A stretch of DNA of 64,000 bases from positions 115,849-179,848 of the forward strand of contig JANQFQ010000051.1 in assembly GCA_028277765.1 (NCBI GenBank), written 5' to 3'. The stretch comes from Desulfobacterales bacterium. Lineage in GTDB: Bacteria > Desulfobacterota > Desulfobacteria > Desulfobacterales > SURF-7. The translations under genes and the position numbers were made by a program. Positions 36,666 to 47,247 of this stretch are shown one piece after another (position 1 is the stretch's first letter; each line of letters opens with the position of its first letter). Below the pieces are notes generated by a model that was not told the DNA's origin, made no database searches, and was given only the letters and a program-made list of their open reading frames with translations.

Positions 36666-38636
36666 GTGGGTCAGGACACATATAATATGTTCTATTTTGT
36701 CATCGTTTTCAGTCTGATTTTTTTTGAAAAAAGGTCATATCCTTTTTTTCATTCTCTACTCCTCAGTCTGCTGGCTTTTCCCGCGGTCTATTATCTATTT
36801 TCGTTAGCCGGTGTTCCTGTTGTCAGCCACATTGTTTTAGATGTCATTGCGGCATTACTTCTGGCAGGTTATATTATCTGTCGCACATATCAGTTCGCTG
36901 TAAAAATGAAATCAGAATGGAAAGAACATCTCCCTGATCTTCTGATACCTGCGTTGTCTGTAGGTCTTATTGCTTTCCTACTGAAAAACACTTTTATCCT
37001 TCCTGTGTATGATCCTGTTACAGTTCCCTCGTTAGCAAAAATTATTTTTAACGCCGGTACCATCCCGGAGACACTCTCCCCATACAGTGACGATCCGTTT
37101 ACCTATCCTCCCGGGTATCCGGTTTTTATATCAATTTTTTATACTTTCAACAGTCCTCTTTTTGTTCTTATGGTGTTTAAGTGGATTAACATTCTTGTGC
37201 TCTCTCTAACACCCGCGGTCTGGGCGTATTATTTTCGTAAAGTATATAAATTTGATTTTATTAAAAGCTATCTTGTTTTAATTGCTTTTTATTATGGATT
37301 TTATTTTTTTGACAGAACACTGATTCTATCAGTGATATACGCAGGCAGGAATGCTATGCTTTTCTGCGCTTTTTTGTTCCCCGCTGTTTTTTTTGCCATG
37401 CTCCATGATCGAGAAACATGGGTTGATGATATCATACTAACGTTCGCGGTTCTCGGGGGCATACTAATTCATTTTTCATTTATTTTCATGTTTTCAGGTT
37501 TGCTATTTACGCACCTTACCTTGCATTATAGGAATTATACAAAAAACGATATTTTACAATGCGTATATCCTTATAAGAATTATACAAAAACTGATCTTTT
37601 GAAATGTGTATATCCGTTTATTATTGCCTGTATCCTTTTTGTCCCGCTATTTCTTTCGTTCCATAACAGCCAGAATCCGCATCAACATGTAACCCAGGAT
37701 CCCAACATGCAGGCGCATTCATACTCTTTTCTCAAGTCATGTTCAAATTTATGCCGCCACCTGTTTACGACAGATAATGAAATATTTTGGAACTTTAAAG
37801 GCGTAGGTGTTGAATGGAAGCATAAAAAGATATTGGTGCTCGTCTTTTTTCTTGTCCCCTTCTTTTTTGCGCTCATAAGCCGTCGTAAAACGAAAGACCC
37901 TCCAGAAGTGAGCACTGAGAGGCAATATATACATAATAACATATTTATTGCTGTTTTGATCTTTGCCATGATGATACTGATTTGTGTTTTTTGGGCAAGC
38001 GGTATTATCCCGAAAACCGGGCTTAATCCAGACATTGTGAGATGGTTTGCATACAATTTTTATACGCTTTTGTTTGCGGTTTTTTTTATTTTTCTATGCA
38101 GCCTGATTTCAATGCTGAAAAACAGGATGCTGAAAAAGTTTTTCACCGGCAGCATTATTATCGTAATACCCTTTTTATTTTTTTTATGCTGTAACGATTT
38201 TAATAAGCTGTATAAAAGTGTTACTCGATCAAGAATCACTTATAACGAAATGAAAGACTTGCGAAATATGCTTACCAGCCTTATAAGCGATCGTGACTGT
38301 AGTCTTATTACTGAAAGCTCGTTGATCTGGTGGAACGAAAAAAAAGCGATTCATAAATATAGACCACTTGAATATTATGCAGTCCTTTCCGATTTAAAAA
38401 TATTAAATGGCTCTTGGATATCAACACCCATTCAAGGAAGCAGAGAGGTTGAGGGATTGCCGTCTGAACAGTTTTATAAAGATTCTTCTGTTGAAAATTT
38501 CTATTATGTCGGCAGCAAAGAAACCATGCAAAAATATCTGGCACAAGTTAAGAGCATCAGGGTAATGCACATAGGGGATATGGGTTGGAAAAAAATTGAT
38601 GGACAATATATTTTTAAGCTGATGTATACTCTTTAA
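36666..38636 (+). CDS. Large polytopic membrane protein (656 aa) with internal tandem repeat YRNYTKNDILQCVYP / YKNYTKTDLLKCVYP
   Basis: More than 12 hydrophobic helices plus a C-terminal soluble domain; GT-C/YfhO-like architecture only. Confidence 0.55.
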   Translation: MGQDTYNMFYFVIVFSLIFFEKRSYPFFHSLLLSLLAFPAVYYLFSLAGVPVVSHIVLDVIAALLLAGYIICRTYQFAVKMKSEWKEHLPDLLIPALSVGLIAFLLKNTFILPVYDPVTVPSLAKIIFNAGTIPETLSPYSDDPFTYPPGYPVFISIFYTFNSPLFVLMVFKWINILVLSLTPAVWAYYFRKVYKFDFIKSYLVLIAFYYGFYFFDRTLILSVIYAGRNAMLFCAFLFPAVFFAMLHDRETWVDDIILTFAVLGGILIHFSFIFMFSGLLFTHLTLHYRNYTKNDILQCVYPYKNYTKTDLLKCVYPFIIACILFVPLFLSFHNSQNPHQHVTQDPNMQAHSYSFLKSCSNLCRHLFTTDNEIFWNFKGVGVEWKHKKILVLVFFLVPFFFALISRRKTKDPPEVSTERQYIHNNIFIAVLIFAMMILICVFWASGIIPKTGLNPDIVRWFAYNFYTLLFAVFFIFLCSLISMLKNRMLKKFFTGSIIIVIPFLFFLCCNDFNKLYKSVTRSRITYNEMKDLRNMLTSLISDRDCSLITESSLIWWNEKKAIHKYRPLEYYAVLSDLKILNGSWISTPIQGSREVEGLPSEQFYKDSSVENFYYVGSKETMQKYLAQVKSIRVMHIGDMGWKKIDGQYIFKLMYTL

Positions 38637-38654
38637 CGCAAGTTCTTCTGATTT

Positions 38655-39650
38655 TTAATGTTTAAAATGTTCATCCCCAACGTAGATTAGTTTGGCGCCT
38701 TCATTTTCAAATTTAAAGTCCATTTCCTTTAAGGGAATCATTGCTTTTCGCAATTTTTCCTGTTTTTCTTCTTCACAGTAAAAAAGTAAAAAACCGCTTC
38801 CACCAGCACCGAGGAGTTTTCCACCGGTCGCGCCATTTTTCAGTGCGGTATTATACACATCATTGATTTTTTTATCCCCGATTTTTGAACTAAGACGCTG
38901 TTTCAGCTGCCAGTTTTGATGAAGTATTTTTCCAAACTCATCAAGTCTGCCGCTATATAGAACATCACGTAGTTCAAACACTAGTCCAGTCATTTCTTTT
39001 ACTATATCAATATTCAGACCGGCCTTCATGTTTTTTTTCTGCTCAATGAGTATCTCTGATGCGTTTTCACGTTTGCCAAGATAAAACATCATCAAATTAT
39101 TCTGCAGTTTTTTGTAAATATTCTTTTTCAGGTGTATCGGCTCCACCTGCACCGATCCATCCACATCAAAAGAGAATTTGTTCATCCCTCCAAATGCTGC
39201 TGCATACTGGTCCTGTTTTCCCACTGGTTCTTTTAGTTGGTTTATCTCAAGATCACAAGCTTCTTCAGCCAGCTGTTTTTTGCTTACAAACTCTCCCTTT
39301 ATGGTATGGAGATTGAGTAAAAGCCCCACAGTAAACGAAGAAGAAGAACCAAGACCTGTTCCAGCCGCCACGTCAGCATTCGAGCTGATTTCAAGTGCCC
39401 CGGAAATATTGAAGTTCTGTAGTGCCCGCTTAAGAATCGGATGCTTCATCTCTTCCAGGTCTTTAACAATTTCAGTTCTTGAATATTTTGCGACAATCTT
39501 ATCTTCATCGTAAAATCGATGGGATGAAATATACATAAACTTGTTGATAGTTGTATTTAATACAGCGCCGGGTGCCACAGTATAATAAGAATCGATGTCT
39601 GATCCGCCTCCGACAAAACTAATTCTAAATGGTGTTCTTGTAATAATCAT
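38655..39650 (-). CDS. GHMP-family sugar kinase (D-glycero-D-manno-heptose 7-phosphate kinase HddA-like)
   Basis: N-terminal TRTPFRISFVGGGSD and GHMP ATP-loop GLGSSSS; 331 aa. Confidence 0.7.
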   Translation of the reverse strand: MIITRTPFRISFVGGGSDIDSYYTVAPGAVLNTTINKFMYISSHRFYDEDKIVAKYSRTEIVKDLEEMKHPILKRALQNFNISGALEISSNADVAAGTGLGSSSSFTVGLLLNLHTIKGEFVSKKQLAEEACDLEINQLKEPVGKQDQYAAAFGGMNKFSFDVDGSVQVEPIHLKKNIYKKLQNNLMMFYLGKRENASEILIEQKKNMKAGLNIDIVKEMTGLVFELRDVLYSGRLDEFGKILHQNWQLKQRLSSKIGDKKINDVYNTALKNGATGGKLLGAGGSGFLLFYCEEEKQEKLRKAMIPLKEMDFKFENEGAKLIYVGDEHFKH

Positions 39651-39718
39651 ATTTGTCCTGAGATCGCGCTTTTCTCTGAGTTCTCTGCGAACTCTGTGAG
39701 AGATAATCTTTTAACTCT

Positions 39719-41017
39719 TTAATCCTTCAAATCGTATTTAAGAACAACATCCACTGCCTCGGCCAATGAATCACAAAAAAAGTCCGGCTCTATCCTGATG
39801 TCTTTACAGCCATAGCCGGTTTTTACACCAATGGTAATTAAACCGGCTTTCTTACCGCATTCAATATCCCGTTCTGTATCACCGACCATAAAAGAGCCGT
39901 TGAGTTCAATGTTTAACTCCTTTTCGGCTTTTTTTATCATGCCGGCTTTTGGCTTTCTGCAGTCGCAGTCAACTTTATACTCAGGCCTTTCTCCTGCGTG
40001 TCCTTTATCCGGGTGATGAGGACAGAAATAGATCGCGTCCAGTTTTGCACGTTCTCTTCCCAGCAGTGTCTCCATTTTTTTATGTATCTCGGCAAGATCA
40101 TCCAGAGAGCACATATTCCTGGCTATGACGGACTGGTTTGTAATCACCACCGCAAGATAACCGGCTTTGTTTATTCTTTTTATCGCATTTCCCGTATTGG
40201 TAAGCAACTCAAACTCTTCCGGCCTGACTAAAAAATGCACCTCCTTGTTGATAACACCGTCCCTATCAAGAAAGACAGCCTTACTTTTATTTTCAATATT
40301 ACATTCTTTTATCCTGCCACTATTGTAATCATCAATAACCTCTTTGAGCCGTTCTGGAGAGCCGACATCCTTTAAATACTCATGGGTTACATAGCCGAAC
40401 ATTTTAATTTTGCTGTACAGGCCCGGGAAAATATCTTTGCCAAAATCCGCTTTTTTACCCTTTTCAATATAGTTACAAACTTTCGGCGTCATCACATACA
40501 GCGCAGCGTTCACAAGATTTTTATAATAAAGATTATCATTATGGGGTTTTGAATGAAACTGGACAATCCTATTTTCAGAACTGATTTCAACAAGGTCACT
40601 GTCAAAGGGGTGATCATTGGGATGAAGAACCAGCGTGCAATCACTTTGGTTTTTTTTATGAAAATCGACCAGCCGGTTAAGGTCCATGTTTACCATCACA
40701 TCACCATAAAGGACCAGAAAATCTTCGGTTAACCGGTTTTCTATCTCCTTTATGCCGCCTGTGGTTCCGAGCGGTTTTTTTTCTTTAAAAAAAGTAATAT
40801 TTACACCAAACCGACTGCCGTCATCAAAGTGATCTTCGATCTTTTCAGAAAGATGGCCAATAATCAGAATAATATCCGTAATGCCGTATTTCTTTAAAAG
40901 ATTAATCTGGTGTTCCAAAAGAGGGATACTCCCCACGTTGACCATTGGCTTGGGAATATCTATCGCCGCCTTTCCCAGCCTTGTCCCTTTCCCCCCTGCC
41001 AGTATAACAGCTTTCAT
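39719..41017 (-). CDS. Bifunctional sugar-1-phosphate nucleotidyltransferase (HddC-like) fused to HAD heptose-bisphosphate phosphatase (GmhB-like)
   Basis: MKAVILAGGKGTRLG nucleotidyltransferase N-terminus; C-terminal FLDRDGVIN and GDTERD HAD motifs. Confidence 0.7.
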   Translation of the reverse strand: MKAVILAGGKGTRLGKAAIDIPKPMVNVGSIPLLEHQINLLKKYGITDIILIIGHLSEKIEDHFDDGSRFGVNITFFKEKKPLGTTGGIKEIENRLTEDFLVLYGDVMVNMDLNRLVDFHKKNQSDCTLVLHPNDHPFDSDLVEISSENRIVQFHSKPHNDNLYYKNLVNAALYVMTPKVCNYIEKGKKADFGKDIFPGLYSKIKMFGYVTHEYLKDVGSPERLKEVIDDYNSGRIKECNIENKSKAVFLDRDGVINKEVHFLVRPEEFELLTNTGNAIKRINKAGYLAVVITNQSVIARNMCSLDDLAEIHKKMETLLGRERAKLDAIYFCPHHPDKGHAGERPEYKVDCDCRKPKAGMIKKAEKELNIELNGSFMVGDTERDIECGKKAGLITIGVKTGYGCKDIRIEPDFFCDSLAEAVDVVLKYDLKD

Positions 41018-41970
41018 TTTGCTTTTTTCCTGTTTTCAAGTTCCGCGCGTACAGCCAGCCGAATTGCTTCATCAGAACTTCTCTTGGCTGTCCATCCCAG
41101 TCTGTTTATCTTTGAAAGGTTGTATTCAAACCTGGGGACATCGCCGGGCCATCCCCTGGAGCTGCCGGTAAAAACATACTCAACATCCTTGAGGCCCAGT
41201 TCATTCACGACAATGTCAGCTATTGTCTTTACTTTTGTTCGATTATCAACGCCAAGGTTAAAATAGTTAATCTGTTCCTGTGCATTTTTCCATGTAAACA
41301 TCATGGCGTCCACCACGTCCTTGACATACAGATACGGTTTTTCCTGCTGGCCATCTCCTAAAATGGTCAGCTTTGATGGAGTCTTTTTCAGTTTTTTTAA
41401 AAAATCGAAAATTACCCCATGAGTCATTCGTTCACCAACAACATTCGGGAATCTGAATATCCAGGCTTTTGCGTTATCTAAGGTGTGGCTAAAAGCTGCA
41501 ATATACGCTTCAGAGCTGAGTTTGGCAGCGCCGTAAAAAGATATTGGTTCAAGCGGTCCTGTCTCTTCGCCCAATTTTCCAGGAAGATCGCCGTATACGG
41601 CAGAACTTGACGCAAAAAGAATATTATTTACATTGTTGGATGTCATGCATTTCAGGAGACTGAACGTGGTCATAAAGGTTTTATTAAAATCAACCATAAC
41701 ATCAGCGGTTCCTTCAGGTATGTCTGAATTCGCGGCCAGGTGGAATACATGCTCAAAAAAATATTTCTTAAATATCTGATCAAGGGATGACGTGTCACAG
41801 ATATCTGTTTTTATGAATTGAAATCCAGGATTGTCTTTGTGATGCAGTATGTTTTCCTCTTTGCCAAGGCTGAGATCGTCTGCGCAGACAACATGATGAC
41901 CTTCATTTATTAAGGCGTCTATTAAGTGGCTGCCAATGAAACCTGCACCGCCTGTTACCAGGATGTTCAT
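41014..41970 (-). CDS. NAD-dependent epimerase/dehydratase (SDR extended family)
   Basis: MNILVTGGAGFIGSHL Rossmann motif, YxxxK context. Confidence 0.8.
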   Translation of the reverse strand: MNILVTGGAGFIGSHLIDALINEGHHVVCADDLSLGKEENILHHKDNPGFQFIKTDICDTSSLDQIFKKYFFEHVFHLAANSDIPEGTADVMVDFNKTFMTTFSLLKCMTSNNVNNILFASSSAVYGDLPGKLGEETGPLEPISFYGAAKLSSEAYIAAFSHTLDNAKAWIFRFPNVVGERMTHGVIFDFLKKLKKTPSKLTILGDGQQEKPYLYVKDVVDAMMFTWKNAQEQINYFNLGVDNRTKVKTIADIVVNELGLKDVEYVFTGSSRGWPGDVPRFEYNLSKINRLGWTAKRSSDEAIRLAVRAELENRKKAK

Positions 41971-41979
41971 CTCACTATC

Positions 41980-42678
41980 CTATAATTGGTTTTTCTTGAA
42001 ATTCAGGCTGAACTTATATTTAAAAATGCACCTTAAATACGCTTTCCCGCTCCGCCACTTGTTCAGGGTGATATCACCTATCCTATTATTATAAGGGATA
42101 TCTATCTCCATACACCTGAAGCCTTGCATGTGTGACCGGATAATAATTTCACACGGGAAGGAATAATTCGTTTCCCATTGTATTGTATCATTAACTGTCC
42201 GTTTCATACAGAACATACCGGTGGAAACATCATGTACACTTATTTTATAAAAAAGTCTCACTAAAAAAGCAAATGAGCGGTTTGCTATTTGGTTTGAAAT
42301 CGGCATGTTCTTTTTTAACATACTGTTCATCCGGCAGCATGAAACAAGATCGTAACCTTCGTCGGCGCAAAGGGATACCAGTCGTGGTATATAACTCATA
42401 GGATATGTGTTATCGCAATCGGCTGTAATAATGATATCACCGAGCGCTTCACTTATCGCTGTTCTTAAAGCCAGGCCATGCCCCCTTGGCTCCTGTCTAA
42501 TCACGCGGGCCCCCATGGATTCGGCGATCTCAGAAGTCCTGTCTTTGCTACTATCTACTATAACGATTTCTGCATCGAGCTCTTTTGTGAAACGCCTGAT
42601 GTCATCTATCATGATGCTGATCGCTTCTTCTTCATTATAGCTGGGCATAACTATCGATATTTTTTTCGTGTCTGGCAT
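41980..42678 (-). CDS. Family 2 glycosyltransferase (DPM-synthase-like)
   Basis: KISIVMPSYNEE, DSSKD and DCDN GT2 blocks. Start trimmed to the internal Met to avoid overlap with the methyltransferase. Confidence 0.7.
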   Translation of the reverse strand: MPDTKKISIVMPSYNEEEAISIMIDDIRRFTKELDAEIVIVDSSKDRTSEIAESMGARVIRQEPRGHGLALRTAISEALGDIIITADCDNTYPMSYIPRLVSLCADEGYDLVSCCRMNSMLKKNMPISNQIANRSFAFLVRLFYKISVHDVSTGMFCMKRTVNDTIQWETNYSFPCEIIIRSHMQGFRCMEIDIPYNNRIGDITLNKWRSGKAYLRCIFKYKFSLNFKKNQL

Positions 42679-42679
42679 A

Positions 42680-43639
42680 TTATGCTTTTTCACCCTTTTT
42701 TCGACATACAATGCAGTTAATGCCGGCCCAATAGGGGATGTTGATATTGTCAATAAGCAATAGACGCGATACTTTCCCCATTATTACAGATATCAGCCTG
42801 TTAAGGACCTGGAGTCGATAAGTTAAGTAACCAAGCCGGAGACTCTGAAAATGGGAGACTGTTTTTTCCACTGAAAATCCTTCGGAAACAATCATTCTTT
42901 TAAGTGTTCCCTGATTAAAATAGTAAAGATGTACAGACATGAGATAGACCCATTTTCTGCCCATTAAACGAGCGACCCAAGAATCAATATCCGGATATGT
43001 GATTATCATATAGCCTCCGGGTCTTAACAGGGAGAAGCAGCTTTGAATATTTTTTTTTGGATCAACTGCATGCTCAATAACATCCCACAACGTTATGACA
43101 TCAAAAGATTGTTCAGGATAATCCTGATCAAGCAATGTGCCGCAATCAATTTTTATATTATAATTTTTTTCTCCCTGTTCGCAAAACCAAGTGTTTGGTT
43201 CACACCCAAACACCTCCCATCCCTGGTGTTGGGCCACGCGTAGAAAAGTACCGTCCGCTGTACCCACATCCAGGAGTTTTCCTTTCCCTGGGATTAGCTG
43301 GGTTACCATTTTTAAAGCCCGAATGAATCCTGCCTCCCGTTCTGGGTTCTGTTTAACAAATTGTTCCTTATAACCGCGTATGCCCGCAGTTTTATATTCG
43401 TTCAAATAAAAATCATCAAAAAATCTCGGGGAAAGGTAAATCAGTCCGCATTCCTCACATTTTACAACACGATCAAACAGTTCATCTCCGCCTTTCTCCC
43501 TAAAGTTTCGTTTAACACCTTCAAAAGATTCATCGGCTGTATATCTGCTCGCATATATAACAATCTGTTTATGGGATCCGCACAGATTACACGGAACATC
43601 CTGTTGATAATCTCTAGTTTTAGCGTAATGATCAATCAA
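42680..43639 (-). CDS. Class I SAM-dependent methyltransferase with N-terminal Cys4 zinc ribbon
   Basis: CNLCGS..CEECG then LLDVGTADGTF SAM motif I. Confidence 0.7.
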   Translation of the reverse strand: MIDHYAKTRDYQQDVPCNLCGSHKQIVIYASRYTADESFEGVKRNFREKGGDELFDRVVKCEECGLIYLSPRFFDDFYLNEYKTAGIRGYKEQFVKQNPEREAGFIRALKMVTQLIPGKGKLLDVGTADGTFLRVAQHQGWEVFGCEPNTWFCEQGEKNYNIKIDCGTLLDQDYPEQSFDVITLWDVIEHAVDPKKNIQSCFSLLRPGGYMIITYPDIDSWVARLMGRKWVYLMSVHLYYFNQGTLKRMIVSEGFSVEKTVSHFQSLRLGYLTYRLQVLNRLISVIMGKVSRLLLIDNINIPYWAGINCIVCRKKGEKA

Positions 43640-43648
43640 TCATCACCC

Positions 43649-44347
43649 CTACATCTCATCAGGATTAAAGCCCAGCTTAAACCTGTAATTAAAGATACAC
43701 TTTAAAACCGCTTTTCCGCTTTTCCACTTCTGCAGCGTTACATTGCCGGTTCTGTGATAATACGGTATATCAATCTCCCGGCAGTGAAAACCAGCCTGGT
43801 TTGCCTGTATAATTAATTCAATCGGAACCGAAAGCCGGGTTTCAAGATGTATCGTTTGATTCACTTTTCGTGAAAAACAGAACATGCCTGTGGTCACATC
43901 ATGTGTTTTAATGCCGTAAAGAAGTCGTATGAGCATGGCAAACAATCGGTTCGCCAGCCTGTTTGAAAATGGCATTTGATCTTTCAGCTCCGGTGTCATC
44001 CTGTTACAGGAGATAAAATCACATTCTCCATTACCAACCATGTCAGCCAGGGCTGGTATGTATTCCATTGGATAGGTGTTGTCGCAATCTGTTGTAACAA
44101 TAATATCATGGTCCGTCGCATCAAGCCCCGCCCTCAGGGCGGCACCATGTCCCTGTTTTTCCACCGGCATGACAATAGCACCCATATCCTTTGCGATATC
44201 CGGTGTTTTATCCGTGCTGCTGTCAACAACAATAATATCGGTCTGAAGTGAATCTGTGAGGGTATTAATTTTAGAAATCATGCCAGCGATCGATTCCTCT
44301 TCATCGAGGCTAGGCATAACGACTGCCAGTTTTAACAGGCTGCTCAT
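43649..44347 (-). CDS. Family 2 glycosyltransferase (paralog of 41980..42678)
   Basis: LAVVMPSLDEEE, DSSTD, DCDN. Confidence 0.75.
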   Translation of the reverse strand: MSSLLKLAVVMPSLDEEESIAGMISKINTLTDSLQTDIIVVDSSTDKTPDIAKDMGAIVMPVEKQGHGAALRAGLDATDHDIIVTTDCDNTYPMEYIPALADMVGNGECDFISCNRMTPELKDQMPFSNRLANRLFAMLIRLLYGIKTHDVTTGMFCFSRKVNQTIHLETRLSVPIELIIQANQAGFHCREIDIPYYHRTGNVTLQKWKSGKAVLKCIFNYRFKLGFNPDEM

Positions 44348-44348
44348 T

Positions 44349-45665
44349 TTATTCCCTGTTCAACTTTTCCGCAAGAACACGGCTGTGTTCAAACACCGCG
44401 TCCATGTTCAGATACTCAAATTCAGCAAACCTTCCGCAGGAGTGTATTCCGATTCTAGACAAATATGCCAGTATGGTATCGGTGTTTTTCCTGTGATCAA
44501 GATCATAGATCACATAGGCGTATTTAACAAATTTTATTTGTGTATCCAGAATATTCCTTTTCTTTAGTAGGTCAAGTCTATCAAGGTCCTCAAGCACCCT
44601 CTGAAGTATGTCATCGTCATTTTCACAGGCAAGTCGGCTATCAGATCTGCATGTAACTTCAGCAAGTATGATCGAACTTCCATCTTTTGGCGAATAGTTG
44701 TCTCCCAGAAAATTTACTTTTGAAAGACGATGAAAAATCACATCCTTGTTAGCGGAATATACGGCAAAGTTATTGCCGATGCTGTCTTCTTTTGCGTGTA
44801 CGGCTACAATATAGATCGAGTTATACTGGAGGCGGTTTAACGTTTCTAGGATGTTATCAGGAGCATCAATATAGTTAAAGAGTTCATGCAGGGGCATGCA
44901 GTTTACCAGGGAGGTCCCTTTAAAACGGCCTTTGTCTGTTTCAACAACCCATCTTCTTTTTTTAGAAGCTATCTTCTCAATGTTAACATAGCTGATAACT
45001 TTCGCCTTGTTAGAACATTTCTCCATAAGCTCTGTTATCAGTCGCTCTATTCCTCCCTCTTGAGGATAGTGAAAATGAAGCTGGTGCTGATACCCTTCGG
45101 TCTCAATACCTTTCGCGGAATTAATAACATCTTCAGCCGGTGGCCGGGGTATTCTTTCAACCATCTGAAGGTCCATTAACGAAGGATCATATTTCCATAT
45201 TTTTTTATTGTAGGGCGCCAGGTATAGATCGGTTATGCCACTTCCAAAAGTTTTTAAAAAAAACTGGTACATATTTTCTGCTTTAGATTCAGCGTTTTCA
45301 TTTTCTAAAAAACTATTCAGACAATGGTCTCTTTCATGTTCATCAAGTGATGACAAGTCATTTTCAAAAGGATATTTCATCATCCGTCCCTGGTGAAGTA
45401 TTTTATTCGATCTTCTAATAAGGCTGGTTTTGATTAAGGCTGTAATTTCAGAAAGGGTATTCCTGTTTTTTGAAAACAGAACATGAGGCCCCATATCGCA
45501 CATGATGCCGTTGAATTTAAAACTTCTGCATAAACCACCGGGGGCCTCTTCTTTTTCAAGTATAGTTGATGGGCCATTTAAATAATTCGCAAGAGTAAGT
45601 CCCGCAAGGCCACCGCCTAGTATAATTGTACCCATATCATCTTTTTTATGTGCCGAGTCCCACAA
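44349..45665 (-). CDS. FAD-dependent oxidoreductase (amine-oxidase / UDP-galactopyranose-mutase-like fold)
   Basis: IILGGGLAGLTLA dinucleotide motif; 438 aa. Confidence 0.6.
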   Translation of the reverse strand: MWDSAHKKDDMGTIILGGGLAGLTLANYLNGPSTILEKEEAPGGLCRSFKFNGIMCDMGPHVLFSKNRNTLSEITALIKTSLIRRSNKILHQGRMMKYPFENDLSSLDEHERDHCLNSFLENENAESKAENMYQFFLKTFGSGITDLYLAPYNKKIWKYDPSLMDLQMVERIPRPPAEDVINSAKGIETEGYQHQLHFHYPQEGGIERLITELMEKCSNKAKVISYVNIEKIASKKRRWVVETDKGRFKGTSLVNCMPLHELFNYIDAPDNILETLNRLQYNSIYIVAVHAKEDSIGNNFAVYSANKDVIFHRLSKVNFLGDNYSPKDGSSIILAEVTCRSDSRLACENDDDILQRVLEDLDRLDLLKKRNILDTQIKFVKYAYVIYDLDHRKNTDTILAYLSRIGIHSCGRFAEFEYLNMDAVFEHSRVLAEKLNRE

Positions 45666-46275
45666 ACGGATTAAACTGTTTCTCCTTTTTTATGGAGGTC
45701 TCTCCCATGTGGCCGGGAAAAACCCTTATATCATCACCTAGAATGAAAAGCTTGTTCTGGATGCTGTCTTTAAGTGTGTTAAAGCTGCCGCCCGGCAGAT
45801 CGGTCCGGCCCACAGAGCCTGAAAAAAGAGTGTCTCCAGCAAACACAACGCCATCAGCATAAAGAGAAATGCCTCCTGGGGAATGACCGGGTGTATGTAT
45901 TACCTTCAGGGTAATATTTCCTACCTTGATTTCATCATTGTCTTCTACAGTCCTGTCTGCAGGAGGTGAATCTTCCACATTAAGACCGAACATCATAGCA
46001 CCTGTTGAAAGCTCGGGCAGCATAAAAGCATCAAGCGTATGTATGATGATATCCGCGCCTGTTGCATCTTTCATCTTTTTATTGTCAGCAGTATGATCAA
46101 AATGGCCATGCGTGTTTATAATGTATTTCAATTCTAACCCCATTTCTTCAATAGTAGCCAGAATTCTGTCTGCTTCACCGCCTGGATCTATCACCGCGGC
46201 CTCTTTTGTGTCTTCACAGCCAATAATATAACAATTTGCTTGAAACGGTCCAACTGGGAGCATCTGAATAACCAA
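45646..46275 (-). CDS. MBL-fold metallo-hydrolase (glyoxalase II-like)
   Basis: THGHFDH zinc motif; 209 aa. Confidence 0.75.
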   Translation of the reverse strand: MVIQMLPVGPFQANCYIIGCEDTKEAAVIDPGGEADRILATIEEMGLELKYIINTHGHFDHTADNKKMKDATGADIIIHTLDAFMLPELSTGAMMFGLNVEDSPPADRTVEDNDEIKVGNITLKVIHTPGHSPGGISLYADGVVFAGDTLFSGSVGRTDLPGGSFNTLKDSIQNKLFILGDDIRVFPGHMGETSIKKEKQFNPFVGLGT

Positions 46276-46324
46276 GGTAAACCTCCTTATTGTGCTTTAC
46301 ATCCGTCAAAAATTAACATCGGTT

Positions 46325-46747
46325 TTAGCTTTCTTCTGAATCTGTTTCCATTTCTTTCCTTATAGAATCGAGAATGCCGTTTATGAATGACCCGGATTCC
46401 TCTGTACCGAACTTCTTACCTATCTCAATTGCCTCATTGATAGATACCTTTGAGGGAATATCATCGCAGTATATCATTTCATATACCGCTATCCGCATGG
46501 CATTCCTGTCCACCCCTGACATCCGGCTTATCTTCCAGTTGCTTGAGAATTTCTCAATAAGTGAATCGATTTCAGACAGTTTGTTTTTGACGCCCTCGAA
46601 AATCGTTTCAAAAAACGGACGGCTCTCTTCTGAAGGATTAAAGTTGGCGCAAAACCGTTTAAACCGTTCATCAGAACTGTTATCGCTCATGTCCATGTCA
46701 AACAGCGCCTGCATGGCAAGCACCCTTGACCGGTGACGACTCCCCAT
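46325..46747 (-). CDS. nusB: Transcription antitermination factor NusB
   Basis: RSRVLAMQALFDMD N-terminus, position after ribH. Confidence 0.85.
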   Translation of the reverse strand: MGSRHRSRVLAMQALFDMDMSDNSSDERFKRFCANFNPSEESRPFFETIFEGVKNKLSEIDSLIEKFSSNWKISRMSGVDRNAMRIAVYEMIYCDDIPSKVSINEAIEIGKKFGTEESGSFINGILDSIRKEMETDSEES

Positions 46748-46752
46748 AATCC

Positions 46753-47226
46753 TTACTTTTTACTTACTACATCAACAAGGTTCGCCATCTCAACTGCAGA
46801 TATGGCCGCGCTCCACCCCTTGTTTCCAGATTTTGTACCTGCGCGCTCGATCGCCTGTTCGATTGTGTCGGTTGTAATAACACCGAAAATCACGGGAACT
46901 GAGGCTTCAAGGCCGACCATGGCGACCCCTTTTGACACTTCAGCGCTGACATAATCAAAATGCGGTGTAGATCCCCGAATCACTGCCCCGAGACAGATGA
47001 TCGCGTCATATTTTCCTTTCTGCGCCATTTTTTGAGCGATAAGAGGAATTTCAAACGCGCCCGGGACCTTGGCAATATCAATGTCCCCGTCTTTTGCACC
47101 GCTTCGGACCAGGGCGTCAACAGCCCCGTCTTTCAGTTTTTCAGTAATAAAATCATTAAACCGGCTAACGATAATGGCAAACTTCTTCCCTTTTGCTGAC
47201 AGACTTGCTTCAAGAATTTTTGGCAT
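46753..47226 (-). CDS. ribH: 6,7-dimethyl-8-ribityllumazine synthase
   Basis: [22 protein letters not shown]. Confidence 0.9.
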   Translation of the reverse strand: MPKILEASLSAKGKKFAIIVSRFNDFITEKLKDGAVDALVRSGAKDGDIDIAKVPGAFEIPLIAQKMAQKGKYDAIICLGAVIRGSTPHFDYVSAEVSKGVAMVGLEASVPVIFGVITTDTIEQAIERAGTKSGNKGWSAAISAVEMANLVDVVSKK

Positions 47227-47247
47227 ATAAATACCTCCCTTATCCCC

